A stretch of 64,000 bases of DNA from Botryllus schlosseri. Lineage: Eukaryota. Both the position numbers and the translations under genes were made by a program. Shown here piece by piece: positions 1 to 12,438 of the stretch (the stretch's first letter is position 1; every line of letters begins with the position of its first letter). The DNA is taken from contig CM119372.1 in NCBI GenBank assembly GCA_051294905.1, positions 13,208,001-13,272,000 of the forward strand, read 5' to 3'. A model generated the notes under the pieces. It saw only the letters and a program-made list of their open reading frames with translations. It had not been told where the DNA came from and did no database searches.

Positions 1-880
1 CAGCGTATGCGGTTCTGATAAATGCGAAATAAGGCATCTTAGAAAATGGATATCAAATTATCGGTACGATATTTCAAACAGCCAAACTATAATAGGCTCT
101 ACGAATAATCAGCAGTATAGTTGAAAAACTTAAGTGCGGTAATAATAACGATGCATTAGGGTACCCTACCCATATTTGGTATATTTTGGGCCCGAAGTCG
201 GTCATATCATATACTGTGCAAGTGCAATATATTCTGGTCGCATTCTATCGCCATCAATGCAGAAAGTCTTCAAATTTTCTATCGTTCATGCTTTATTGAC
301 TCTGTACGTTGCGTTGTATGACGGTGCAGTATTGAAGAACTGTGTTGAGCGAAATATTACATTTCGTGATATCGGTGAAGAATTATGAATTTGCACATTA
401 TTTTCACTGTACGGAGGTGACTCCTTTATATTGTTTGGTCGTGGATATTTGTGTTTCTGTTTTCTCTCTTTCCTTGCTAGCTGTCAATTCTTGTGGCGCA
501 GGGGATACGTTGATATAATTTATAAACATGCGGTCGGCTTCATTTTTGGTGTGTGTGGTGGGGAGGAAAGCGAAGCTTCTTGGGAGGTCAATATAGTAGC
601 TCTATGCCGGGTATTACCGATATATCATAAAAAATAACATATGTTTATCCACGATTTCTATTCATCGGTTGCGGTAAATGCGTAAATCTATTATGCGACG
701 CTCGGGACACGTTCATTTACATTGGGAGTATGGTGACTGGTGAGCATTGAGCAACAGTAACTCATCATGGCGTGTAAAACTACTGAGCCATCATAAACAG
801 TGACAATGTTATGAGAACAAGCCATTTGTGGTACAGAACTTCAGAATAACGCGAGACAATAACTTCATATTGTTAATTTA

Positions 881-927
881 TTCGCTAAAAGCTTTTCGAC
901 TGACCCTCATCAGTAGCGAACGTCAGT
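881..927 (-). ncRNA. Minimal type-I hammerhead ribozyme in the 3' pLTR
   Basis: Minus strand reads acugac-g-uucgcua-CUGAUGA-gggucaguc-GAAA-agcu-UU-uagcgaa: catalytic core, 7-bp stem I and palindromic stem III. Confidence 0.85.
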
Positions 928-1267
928 GATAGGGTGGATCAAATTCGAAATGTAAGAACTATTTTGTGTCTATGACGTAATAATAACAAAAACAAACAAC
1001 TAGTAGACGGGCAAGATACGGTAGTAACGATACAAAACAAACGTTCACGAGCACATATTCGGTCATAAATAACCGAGAACACAGCACACAACATTAATAA
1101 AATATTCCAAGGGTGTAGAGGCGTTCCTTCGGGCGACAGAGAATCGGCTTTCGCAGCTTTATGATCGTAGATTCCAGGACTTTCAAATGAAACAGAGAAC
1201 GGCCACGAGCAACTATAGAAAATTGACTGTCATTGTAAGGATCAGCATATTCTGGATGGGATAAGAG

Positions 1268-2557
1268 CAGCGCCGTAACTGCCGCACCCCAAACCCCCCG
1301 ATTGGGCGGGGCGAGCTCGAAGGGGGCCCAAAATTATTTCGTGAATTAGTATAAATCATAAAGTATTTTTTGAAAATTTATGCAATTTTGTCTAAAATTT
1401 TTCGCGCTGTGCGCGAATTCAATTTTCCATTTATCTTTATTATTGGGTATAGGGCCCTTACCGCGCCACGACCCACCAAGACATACAATCAAGTTTTAGG
1501 CCATATAACATGCGACTCCAAAAAGTGTGCCAGAACGATCGGCAGCTAGAAAACCTCGACCGAGAAGGTATATGCCCTTATGCTGACCGAAGACCTCGTT
1601 ATATATACAAAATACATATAGGTTTAATTGTCCATAGGCGCGTAAATGACTGGCGCCGAATGTTTCTGTCTTTGTAATCTGAACCTCACAAGACAAATAC
1701 CATCTCGCTGGGAAAAGTTTTATGCCAGCGAAGAAATACCAATTTGAAATCGTGTGCGTCTCTTATTTTAGAAGCCTTCGTTAGGGCGATTCTATATTTT
1801 TTGATATAGCAGACTGGAAGTCACGAAATAACATCATGTAACGAAGTCATATCAACGGGTCCGCCCGCCCGAAGATGTTTAATTATTATTTACGGGCCCT
1901 CCCGTTTTCAAGACACTTCACTCAGCTCTACCGGTAAATCTAATTACGTGAATAGAGAGGACAATAAATTGATAGCATAATATATATGCAGTCGCCGATC
2001 TTATTGACCGATTTTATCATAAATTATCGAAGATTTTCGCGCTTCGCGCTGGCTCACAATACAGTACAGATGATTTCGTGACAAACGCGAACAACGTGAT
2101 CGAGAGGTCGTTTCATCACCCTATGGGAGCCCAAGACCGACGTTTTTGGGGGCGTGACGAGGTGCTGTTTCGTTCCTGCCAACGGGTATACGCCCGAAGA
2201 TATTTAATTAGTATTGAGTGGCCCTGCCTTTTCAAACACACCTCACTCAGCTCTACCGGCAAATGTGATTACGTGAGCAGAGAGAAGATAAAAATTGATA
2301 ACAATACATATGCAATTCCCGATCATACCGACCGATTCAGTCATGTATTCTAGAAATTCCCCACGCATCGCGCGCTTAGGCGACAAAAGCTGGTTAACTA
2401 AAGAAAGTCTCAACGAAAATGATAAACAGCGGTAAACAGGGTATCGCCGGAAGGGGGTCTGGGGGGCCAAGCCCCCCAGATGATCGGTCTATAACTCTAT
2501 GGGGGGCCCAAGACCAAAGTCTTTTAGGGGGGCTGACGAAGTGCTGTTACGGCCCTG
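1268..2557. mobile_element. Non-autonomous hAT-like TIR element inserted in the Penelope endonuclease region
   Basis: TIRs cagcgccgtaac / gttacggccctg; exact 8-bp TSD GATAAGAG (1260-1267, 2558-2565); a related inverted copy lies at about 45542-47125. Confidence 0.88.
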
Positions 2558-3367
2558 GATAAGAGATGCTGTCCAATAGCCGAATTACAAGCAGTAACTT
2601 TATCATAATCACGCAGTGTGTCAAAAGACTGCGATGATGGAGTTGAAGAAACATTACTTATTCTAATGTGCCGTGGGATATGCTGGCGAATTCTTTGCTG
2701 CAATCGCTGAGACGTGCGACCTATACATACCGACTGTCACATCGGCACGTGTATTCACATATAATGTTGCTTTGATTTGTCGCAGGTAGCACATCCTTTT
2801 GCGTTGCAGGCATCAGAGATTTCGTCATGAAGATTATCTGCGGTTCTACTTGTGAAAAACAATGCCTCACTGACGATTTAATTTGCTTTTTAAACCTGTT
2901 GGACGCTTTCGCAATCCAAGGAAGATGCAAATAAACGGGACATTTTCTAGGTCCAAACGGTTTAACTTTTCTGAAATCTTTGAGTTTACGATCCATGGTC
3001 ATTTTAATGATATGAATAGGATAACCATTTGACTAAAAGATTGACCGAATGTTCTCCAATTCAGAATCAAGTTTGACTCTTCACAAATCATCAGAGCCCT
3101 GTGCACCAGAGTTCTTACCAAATTAACTTTACGTTTAACCGGACAGAAACAATCCCACGAAATACATTGCCCACTGAATGTAGGCTTACGGTAAACTGAT
3201 GTAACAAAGTTAGCACCCGTCTTTTCAACAACAACATCAAGGAATGCTAATGAATTATTAACCTCTTTTTCCATGGTTAATCTCAGTGACGGGTGAAGAC
3301 CATCCAATTTGCTCAGAAACAAATCACACTGGGATTCATTCTCAAATATGGCGAAGGTGTCATCAAC

Positions 3368-4231
3368 CACTGGCGTAGCCAGAGAGGGGCGAAAGGGGCG
3401 ATCGCTCCCCCCAAATTTTTGGAAACTTTTCGTAAAATCAATAAATATAACAGTATTTTGAGGTAGATGAATGCAACCTAATAAATTTCTTCGCGCTTTG
3501 CGCGATTTAGTGTCCATACACGTCTTGATTTTGTTATCGGTATCCCGAAAAAAATGTTCCTCAAATACCCATAATTGAATTTAGCTGCATTCTCATGAGA
3601 CTACGACAGTACCAGTAGATACGCGAGAGTAGCCCGAGGTCGTTGGGTTGATTGGGTCTAGGGATGGTGTCAGTTCAGTAAGGGGGTTGGGGATCGTTAG
3701 TTCCGGCAATTTCCGTACCGGGACACATGAAGACATTTAAAGTAGGCTACATGAGACTCCGCAAAGTCCGTTCTCAAAATGATTGACAACGATAAAACCG
3801 ACGCATGTATTCCGAAGCCTTCAATATAGATTTTCGGGTGCTTAAATGGCTGGTGCCTAATGATCCTGCCCCTGCAATTAGACCCCTCCGACATTAATTC
3901 GACTGGCACACCTCCCGTTAAAAAGTGCTAATTTGGAATCGCACGAGTCTGATCAAAGGAGTTTTTTTAGTTTGGTCTGTATGTAGGCTATCAGCAATTC
4001 CAATCTTTAAAGTATAGCGTATTCACGCCCGAGTTTTCTACAATCATTATATTATCACATCACTTTATGTATGAGTGGAATATGTGTCCCGGATGTTGTG
4101 TTAATCATCCATGCAATAAGGGACCAAGACCATCGTTTTAACCTATTTTTTCCTTATCTTTAAGGGGGATGGACTCATTTACGTCATCGAATTTTTCGCC
4201 CCCCCAAATATTTTTTCTGGCTACGCCCTTG
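3368..4231. mobile_element. Non-autonomous hAT-like TIR element inserted at the RT YVDD motif
   Basis: TIRs cactggcgtagccaga / tctggctacgcccttg; exact 8-bp TSD TCATCAAC (3360-3367, 4232-4239). Confidence 0.9.
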
Positions 4232-5514
4232 TCATCAACATATCTTTGATACATTAATGGTCGATCAATATCATCGAATAACCATTTCTTGTAATACCCC
4301 ACAAAAATGTTGGCCAGAATGGGATCAAGAGGTGATCCCATTGCAACACCATCGGTCTGTTTATATATGGTGTTATTGAAACTAAATTCGACATCACAAG
4401 CAAGCAAGCGCATTAATTTAACGAAAGAATACCTTGAAAATGGAGGAGATGGAAGGACACCACCATAGAGTTCATTGGCACAAATCTCTATAGTCTCTTG
4501 AACTGGCACGCTCGTGACTAAACTAGATATATCAAGCGAACACATAGAGATTTTTGACACATCGAGATCAACATTACGAATGGTATCAGCAAATGTGAAC
4601 GAGTCACGAATGCAGTTACCACCATAAATCAAACTCACCGGCTCAAGATATCTCGCAATCCACTTCGCGACTTTATGATACGCTGATCGAACCATCGATA
4701 GTATCGGACGTAAGGGTACATTCGATTTATGAGTCTTCGGAAGGCCATACATCCGTGGTTGAATGGAGCCGGTAGGTCTGATGTCGTCGTATACAGCAAA
4801 AGAGATTTTTCCCGCCTTCTTGAGGGTCAATAGTAGACGCTGAATACGTGCTTCTATCTTTGAGGTGTTGTCATTGTCACACGCAGGGCCAATGATTTCA
4901 AATTTAGACTGGTCGCCGAGAATTATATCCATTTTTGAAATGTAGTCACACCTATTCAAAATGACTACACCAGATCCTTTATCAGGCTTGGTTATATGAA
5001 TTGACTTATTGGATTTCAGGGATCTGATGCTCCTGTAACAATCGGACGTCATTGTGAAATCACTTCTGTCGATTGGAGTTCCGCAAAAACCGTGCGCTAA
5101 GCTGCTTAGTTTGGCTTTCAGGGCCACAATTTTCTCACTGTGTTCCTTTGCTCTGCATTCATCATCAAATTTCTGGTGATGATGTGACAATTGTCCAAGT
5201 AACACCTCAAATTCAGCAAAGACTTTCTCACGCTTGATTTCAGTCGGTGGCACACAAAAATCAAGACCAAGAGATAGTACCAACTCTTCAGTGTAGCTCT
5301 CTCTGTCGCCAGAAGGAACGCCTCTACACCCTTGGAATATTTCATTAATGTTGTGTGCTGTGTTTTCGGTTATTTATAACCGAATATGTGCTCGTGAACG
5401 TTTGTTTTGTATCGTTACTACCGTATCTTGCCCGTCTACTAGTTGTTTGTTTTTGTTATTATTACGTCATAGACACAAAATAGTTCTTACATTTCGAATT
5501 TGATCCACCCTATC

Positions 5515-5561
5515 ACTGACGTTCGCTACTGATGAGGGTCAGTCGAAAAGCTTTTAGCGAA
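5515..5561 (+). ncRNA. Minimal type-I hammerhead ribozyme in the inverted 5' pLTR
   Basis: actgacgttcgctaCTGATGAgggtcagtcGAAAagctTTtagcgaa, identical to the 881-927 copy on the opposite strand. Confidence 0.85.
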
Positions 5562-6085
5562 GAAATTAACAATATGAAGTTATTGTTTCGCGTTAATGTT
5601 ATGAGACGTGAGCTTCCAATGTATTTACTAATTATGCACCACCATGTCGGCATAGAATATGACAAACGCCATTCTCTTGGTGGTATTTAGAAATGACAAT
5701 GTCCCTCTGGAGGTTTGATGTCGATGGGGAAGTCGGCTCTTGCATATACAATATGTATTATGCACTAAAAAGGATATAGACCTGTTAGGAATCACGCAAG
5801 GGAAGTTTTGTATATCGACGATGATTCAACGGATGTCGATATCTGTGGACAGACTAACGACTGTTTACTCTCAGCGCTTATCAATTGTTTGGATGCCCGG
5901 CTCAGTGTTCAATTATACTTGAGATGAAAGGTTTGAAAATAAACCTGAGCAGTGAGCAAGCTAACCTCGAAGAGGGTATAGTTGACATAGGAGTGACCGG
6001 AAAGATAAAGTGTATAATTGTAAAAGGCTGGCTGTAAAAGAATAGAAATATATATAACGTAAACAAATATTTCATTCATCTAAAC

Positions 6086-7324
6086 CAGGGGCGGGCAACT
6101 TCTCCTGTAGGCGGGCCTGACATGGGAAAATGAAGTACTTGGCGCGCTGGATTCCTGAATGGAATCGATGCATTAATAGCGTATACAAGGAATAAATCGT
6201 ATTTAATGTATGTTCAAGTTTCCATTGTGTCGCATGCTCATATGTCGGGCAACCCTCATTGACGTCAATAGCTACTGAAGTACATTACGTTAATAAATTG
6301 AATAAATACCGAAACTTGAACATTCATTAAATACGATTTATTCCTTGTATACGCTATTAATGCATCGATTCCATTCAGGAACCCAGCCCGCCAAGTAATT
6401 CATTTTCCCATGTCAAGCCCGCCTACAGGAGAAGTTGGCCGCGGTTGCCCGACATATGAGCAATGAGCATGCGACACAATGGAAAACGACAGTTCAGCAT
6501 GGAACACATCAGCATGCGTCACTTCAGCATGTGACTGTATAACCCAAAAACTTACCCTAATCCGAAACATAGCCTAGCCTAACCTAAGCTAACCTAACCT
6601 AACCTAAAGCCTAACCCTAACCAAACCATAAATCCAACCCTAACCTACCCCTAACCTGTAATTTAACCCACATGCTCATGTGTCGCATGCCAAGTTGTCA
6701 CATGCCGAAGTCTCGCATGCTGTAATGTCGCATGCTCAGTCATATGTCCAGTATTTGAGTTTTTTGTTGATAATTCTCGGATTATCCTTGATTATCAACG
6801 AAAAACTCCAACAACTCCGCTTCTACTATGGAATTCACTCAAATTTGTTTTGCATCGTCTCTGAAGACAGCTCAACTATTTCACGGGGTTGACAGAAAAA
6901 TTTGAAATCTTTTTTTTAAAAATTTTCCTGTATAAAATAAAAATTAAATTTTTAATTGGATCCGCGGAGCCCTATACTTGTTAGAATTGAACCAAATTTG
7001 GTGTGCAGCGTTTTTTCGGGTAACCTGACAATATAATCACTGAATGGCTGGAATCCAGAAAAAAAATTATTTTTGAACAGCCCTAATGTCCACGGACCGT
7101 CAATGAGACATCTGTGGTTGGAACAAGTTCCTTGAACTCTGGCTGCATGTCGAACGTAGGAACCTTCTATAGTAAAGACTGCACGTGAATGTCAGTGAGA
7201 TTGTAACGCAACTTTGTCTTTTTTATATCCATGGTCGCAAATGTGTGCAGACCCGCGAGTCACATTATCATGTAAGACCGGAAACTGTCTGCAGGCCGCT
7301 CAAAATGTATGTTGCCCGTCCCTG
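6086..7324. mobile_element. hAT/Charlie-like MITE with internal rearrangement and nested elements
   Basis: TIRs caggggcgggcaac / gttgcccgtccctg; imperfect TSD atctaaac / atgcaaac. Confidence 0.7.
6443..6750. repeat. Foldback-like MITE with about 15-bp subterminal repeats and a degenerate (CCTAA)/(CCCTAA) core
   Basis: Left-arm units such as agcatgcgaca are mirrored by right-arm tgtcgcatgct; core 6540-6668 is aacct/aaccct repeats. Confidence 0.65.
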
Positions 7325-7980
7325 ATGCAAACATTTACAATATAGGCATTCAAAATACTATCATATTGTTTTAAAATCGGTAATGTGAAAGACGTTGGGA
7401 TGTAAGTCTAAAATAAATACAAATTGCATAAACTTAGAAAAACTGCGACACAGCGATCCGGAAAAGGTATACGACAGTTGTAATGTAGTACGTACGTCGT
7501 GCTTTTAGCTGCCATACAAAGTTTTCAGCTTGATTACGCCCATATGCGCAGGTATATAATAAAATTTATACGGTGATATTATGGTCGACGCAATCGCAAT
7601 ATACTTAGCTTATTATAATACTTCTAAAGAGACTAGACCTACGTGCAAGTAGATTAATACGCAGAGGGCTCTAATAATAACGAAATATCATAATAACTTT
7701 AGAAAATTGCAGGGTGATTACGATTATATGGAGTCACGTGCGGAGATGTCACATTATGTTGCTTCAGATGTTTGCCACCTCCCCCACTCCCCGATTACCT
7801 GCCACTAGCCCATTGTATATTGACTAAATAGACTCTGTAATACGGGACGGATATGGGTTGATACGATAGATATCATGTCTACCGTGATCGTTATCGGGGT
7901 TGACGATATGTTACGTATCGATAGCTATATTGCTTTGTAACGGAAAGCAATAGGCGACAGTTATTTGACGAAGATCCATC

Positions 7981-10900
7981 TCAATCAACGACTAAGGCGT
8001 GCTGATCCCAATATGCTCTTGACAAATCCTTTAGATCCTTTAGTTTCAATTCGATATCCGCAATGATTTTCTCGATTTGCTGTTGGTGCAAATCTCGCAC
8101 TTTACTGACTTCTTTCTTATGTTGGCTTGCCTTTGATAACTCTCTGTTTTTGTGTGCAGCTGCTGCTTGTCTCAGCTATAGAAATAAGCAAACGTGTTAC
8201 GTTATAAGCACGGGAGCCTTTCCACCCAGAATACGAGTGTTGGTCATGCTGATGATAACCTCGCGAAAATTGCAAGGAGAAATTTGGGTGACGGTGTGCA
8301 CTGTGCAGCGTTCATTCTAAAGTCTGATAAAAGCATACTTTTAATAGTCTCGTTCCGCGGTCTAATTATTATAATCACTAGTGTTGACCGTATCGGAAAT
8401 CTCCGCATTTCGCACACTTTCTGTATGAATAACACGCATAAGATTCAATACATAGAATTTGAAAATAAGTTTTGGGAATACATTCGAAAGCACTACGAAT
8501 CGGAAACCGATTGAAAACTATGATTTGTTGAAAGTCGGACATTTCTGAAAAATCCTCTTCCTCTATCTGTAAAAGACTATCTATATATAGGTTGTACTAT
8601 GCATAATTAGGTGACAATGCGCATATACGTGATATCGACAATTTAGCTTTAGTTTTCAGTTTTCGCACAGCGACAAGAATAATGCGGGTTTAACCTAACA
8701 TCACAGTCAAAATCACACCTGGCACACAGCGCGCGGCGCCCAGACAGCCGCGTTGCCACATCGAAACTTCATAGAGAGGATAAAACATTTCATCACTTGA
8801 GCGATACAGATGCGCATATACAGTGTGACGCAACTAACTAACATGACGTCAGAACTGTTGGAATTTGAAAACTAAGGAATCGCTTGGCAAGTTGGCATCC
8901 CCTTGGCTGCGACACTGTCGCTATGGTAAATAATAATACATTTCGGTAGGTAAATTTAAATACGTACCCTATCATCAAACTTTCTACGATATTCGCTGAT
9001 CTTTTGGGAACTGGATCTCCTCAGGTCTTCGACTTCGTATTTGTGGTTTCGTGAAAGTAGAAAAAGACCTGAATGAGAACATAGCCCAACTTAGCTCGCG
9101 GGTGTTGAATATAGTGTATCATTAAAGTTGGCGACTACTGGCATCACAACAACGACCTAGCGTTTTCGACATAGATGAGATGTTATTCCAATGACAATTT
9201 AGGGTTACCAAATTTCGGAATCCGGAATGGACGACACGTTTTACAAATCATAAAAAGGTCATTTTTCCAACTCGACTCCCGAAAGAGCCGCTCGAACATC
9301 CACACAGTTTCCGCGTCATTGATGGCGTTTTTGAGTTGTGCCTGTCCATTAGTCTGGCTGTCACAGCTATATAATGGAGGACAAATTCCCAAAAAGGAGG
9401 TCCTTTAGGCGTCCTTGGGGAACATTTTCGAGTTCCTGAAGAAGAAGGGACAAATCCTCCTAACGCAGGACATATGGTAACCCTAAATGACATATAGGCA
9501 TTTTTGGTATGATGGTGACCACAATCTACAGCTAGATCGTGAAGCCATTCCCGGTAGATCGCGAGAACGTCTCGGAAGGCAGCGCACCAATACAATTTAG
9601 GTTATACTTGGCAAAATGGGCGATATAGAATAATCAGGTAGGTCTTTTAGTCTCATGTTGACCTATTTTTTAGTCGGCAGGTTGATACATTACGGTGAAA
9701 GCTGCATCCGAAAAATAGATCGCACCGGTCCGTGCCATTAATGAGATCGACTGACGTAGGGTGTAAGACCAAGAGGCTTTGGTGTTCGTCTGTGTTCGCT
9801 AATGTGATATCTCGACGGAGGCAAACTAAGTAGATTTGTCGGTCTATTTCCCTCGGCTCCGTTTATCTTTATGCTGGCGTATATCTAGACCAGAAACAAT
9901 AATGATCACTCAGCAACCGTCATTCATTTTTGACAATCGCCAGCGCCTCCCTGCTGCTTTGCTTAACGATCCAAATGATCATTACAGATTTATGCAAGGC
10001 TGCTGAGCTTTGAAAATGCATTTCATGTTTCAAAACTATACACTCAAACATTGCAAGGCAAGGAGACTTCACAAGCAATTCTGAATTTCAAATCATACAG
10101 TGTATACACTGTACATGATGCAAAAATCGCAAATTTATAGCCTATAATCTAGTTCAGTGGTTCTCAACCTTTTTGTCTTCGCGGACCCCTTTCGGACCGT
10201 CACGGACCCCCGCGGACCCACACAAAGTGTTACTTCAAATTTAGCTCAATTATCGTGCAATCGTCATCTGTCTAGTATAAATGATTACTGCAGGCTTGGT
10301 GATAACAACAGTTCCACAAATATAGGTGGTGGCGAATTAATAATGACGAGTAACGCTTCCTACGACACATTTCGGTACGATCGCAACAAATATGGCCTTG
10401 TTATTTATATTATAGCAGCTTATCTTGAAGTTATTATGGAAAAATGGTTACAGTATGCATGACAGGAGAAAATGGATTTTTGTAATCATTTCGAAGTCAC
10501 CGTGATTGACCTTGCTCTTGCAACTTTTTTTTCACAATTCCTAACAAAACATCTGTAAACAGGATGTTTGTACCCGTAGGCTATTGGCAATTTAGCAATT
10601 AAAATGATTCTGCACAGTAGGATATTTCATCTCAGACTGCCATTCTGTTGATGTGAGCTCCGTAGTTTTACTAGTAATGAAGCGAAATTGCCTCGTGACT
10701 TTCTGAATTTAAAAATAATACAAATTGGCTTATCAACTAATTTGAGGCTTCGCGGACCCCCTAAAAATGCTTCGCGGACCCCGGTTGAGAACCACTGATC
10801 TAGATAGATACTAAATCACATATACTTGTCTTTGCACAATGTATTAGGCTGAGGCGCATCAAAAGGCCAAAACTAAAATTCGAGACATTACGGAACAGAA

Positions 10901-12438
10901 TATAGTTCCAGGCCAAGGGTCGGCAACTTGTGGCACGCGAGATGATTTTTCATGACACGCCAAATGGATTGACACACACATGTTATAGTCATGTTAGTTG
11001 CAAAATGTAGTCTTTTGCGGTATATTCTATATATCTGGAAAGTTTCTACGAGCTTCGCGTGATTTAGTGAAACCGCATTTGGTTTCAATTTGGATACCAC
11101 CCTCCATAAAAAAAATGCAAAATATGCTTAATATACAGCAATGACTCCAAACGTATATTTAGCAACTATGATAGAACGCCATGCTAATATCGTATGTGGC
11201 AGTTGGATGCTTTAGTCGAGCTAGGGGTGCGTTCTGTGCTAGCTTTGGGAGCACAACTATGAGAGAACCAGCATTTCGGCCATGGGTATTTCCAAACTAG
11301 GAGACACCAAGATATATAACGCTTCGGAAAACAAGCGACTCCGCGAAGTCCGCAGCTAAAATAATTGGCGGCGATAAAACCTTGAAATTAGAACCGCCGC
11401 ATTTTGGTCAAAACGTTCGATATTGATATGTCCAGGCGTCAAAATGACCTCCGCCGAATAGTCTTGTGCCAGCAGCCTGAGACGGATGGTGGAAATGAGA
11501 CCCGCAGAGAAAAGTAATGAGCCCCACAGCAAAATGCGAATTAAGAATCGCGTTCGTCTCACGAAAGGAGATTATATTTAGTTTCGTCTGGTACGTGAAA
11601 GCGATTCTAATATGTTTTGAAAAGTGATAATATACACCGCGATCTTTAGAGCCTTGCAGACAACCCTATAGTGTCAGACCAACTAGTGTGACATAAAAGC
11701 GACTTGCATGATACAGGGGTGGAGACATTTTTCATTATTAAGTCATAAGCTACCGTTGTAACAACTTTGGTGCGTGTCGCTCATTAACTATGGTACCGAA
11801 CTTCCAAAACAACCGCAGATGATCGATCTTAGCGCGAATAATTTGTTTGCGATAAATTAAGGAGATATTACGTACATTAAAAGATAGCTCTGGTGAGGTA
11901 GCGACAAGAATTTATGCCTTTCGCGACCCATACTTTGTGTTTGTGAACCACTGGCCTAATCGATGCTGTTACCAGCTTCAGATAAGCGGTTGGTGGGATT
12001 CCTTGCTTGAAACGATAAATATGACAAAATTGAAAATGTTGGCGCACCGCAGTTCGTAATATTTGGAAATTGACATATTTTGGCACGCTGCGCACATGAA
12101 AGGTTGCCGACTCATGTTCTCGTCCATTCTATACATAAGTTCCTGATCGTTGGGAGAGCGATGTATTTATGCATTTCCCATGCTGTCGAAGGCGGTTCTG
12201 CCTTTGTCGGATTACACGGTATAAATTGTGAAGCAAAATGCTGCACGCGGCTACAAGTTTCTTTATTTACCAATTAGCATGTTACGCAACTCTACACATA
12301 ACGCCACTCACCAATTATTGAGAGCGCAGCAAATAATGCAATCAATACGAATACTTCAAAGACACATGGCTCGCGGCCGCGCTCTCTGAATGCTCTCCAC
12401 GCTATGAAACATTTCCGCCTCATGTACCTCAATCTCAT
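7981..12438 (-). CDS. Predicted 140-aa type-II single-pass membrane protein with coiled-coil ectodomain; exons 12438-12312, 9068-8968, 8175-7981 (possible cassette exon 8316-8260)
   Basis: ATG at 12438; donor G|GTGAGT (phase 1) joins acceptor ttctcattcag| in frame and continues the hydrophobic stretch (VFVLIALFAALSIIG-LFLL); donor AGG|GTACGT joins ttatttctatag|; ends at TGA 7983-7981. No homologue recognised. Confidence 0.7.
9200..9485. mobile_element. MITE, TAGGGTTACC-TIR family
   Basis: TIRs tagggttacca / tggtaacccta; related copies at 15948-16197, 49482-49883 and 50178-50590. Confidence 0.8.
10155..10797. mobile_element. hAT/Charlie-like MITE, CAGTGGTTCTCAACC family
   Basis: TIRs cagtggttctcaacc / ggttgagaaccactg; TSD atctagtt / atctagat; interior homologous to 13097-13792, 36191-37051 and 56061-56868. 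Confidence 0.88.

Larger units (their letters stand above)
817..5594 (-). mobile_element. Penelope-like retroelement (RT + GIY-YIG endonuclease), 5'-truncated and inactivated, with inverted pseudo-LTRs
   Basis: ORF pieces 5283->4240, 3359->2999, 3002->2566 and 1259->~1095 carry PLE-type motifs KPDKGSGVVI, YGLPKTHK..PLRPI, GVAMGSPL, RYVDD, YRKPT and the GIY-YIG region (CRCDSRYV-GRTSQRL..RIRQH, SAIGQHL). 847-1142 is the reverse complement of 5300-5595. Direct repeat AATGTTATGAGA at 805-816 and 5595-5606 is a candidate TSD. Frameshifts and two MITE insertions disrupt it. Confidence 0.93.

Noticed and set aside
6540..6668. Telomere or interstitial telomeric array (CCTAA/CCCTAA)
   Set aside because: Short, degenerate, mixed 5- and 6-mers enclosed by inverted arms; better explained as the core of a MITE.
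7981..8175. Mitochondrial ATPase inhibitor (IF1) similarity of the His/Lys/Glu-rich exon
   Set aside because: Compositional resemblance only; no IF1 inhibitory motif in upstream exons, which encode a transmembrane helix.
9490..9990. Additional exons (e.g. LYWCAAFRDVLAIYREW) for the orphan gene or an antisense gene; also 12587-12850
   Set aside because: No splice-phase-consistent model or recognisable protein; ORF 9248-9595 runs into a MITE.
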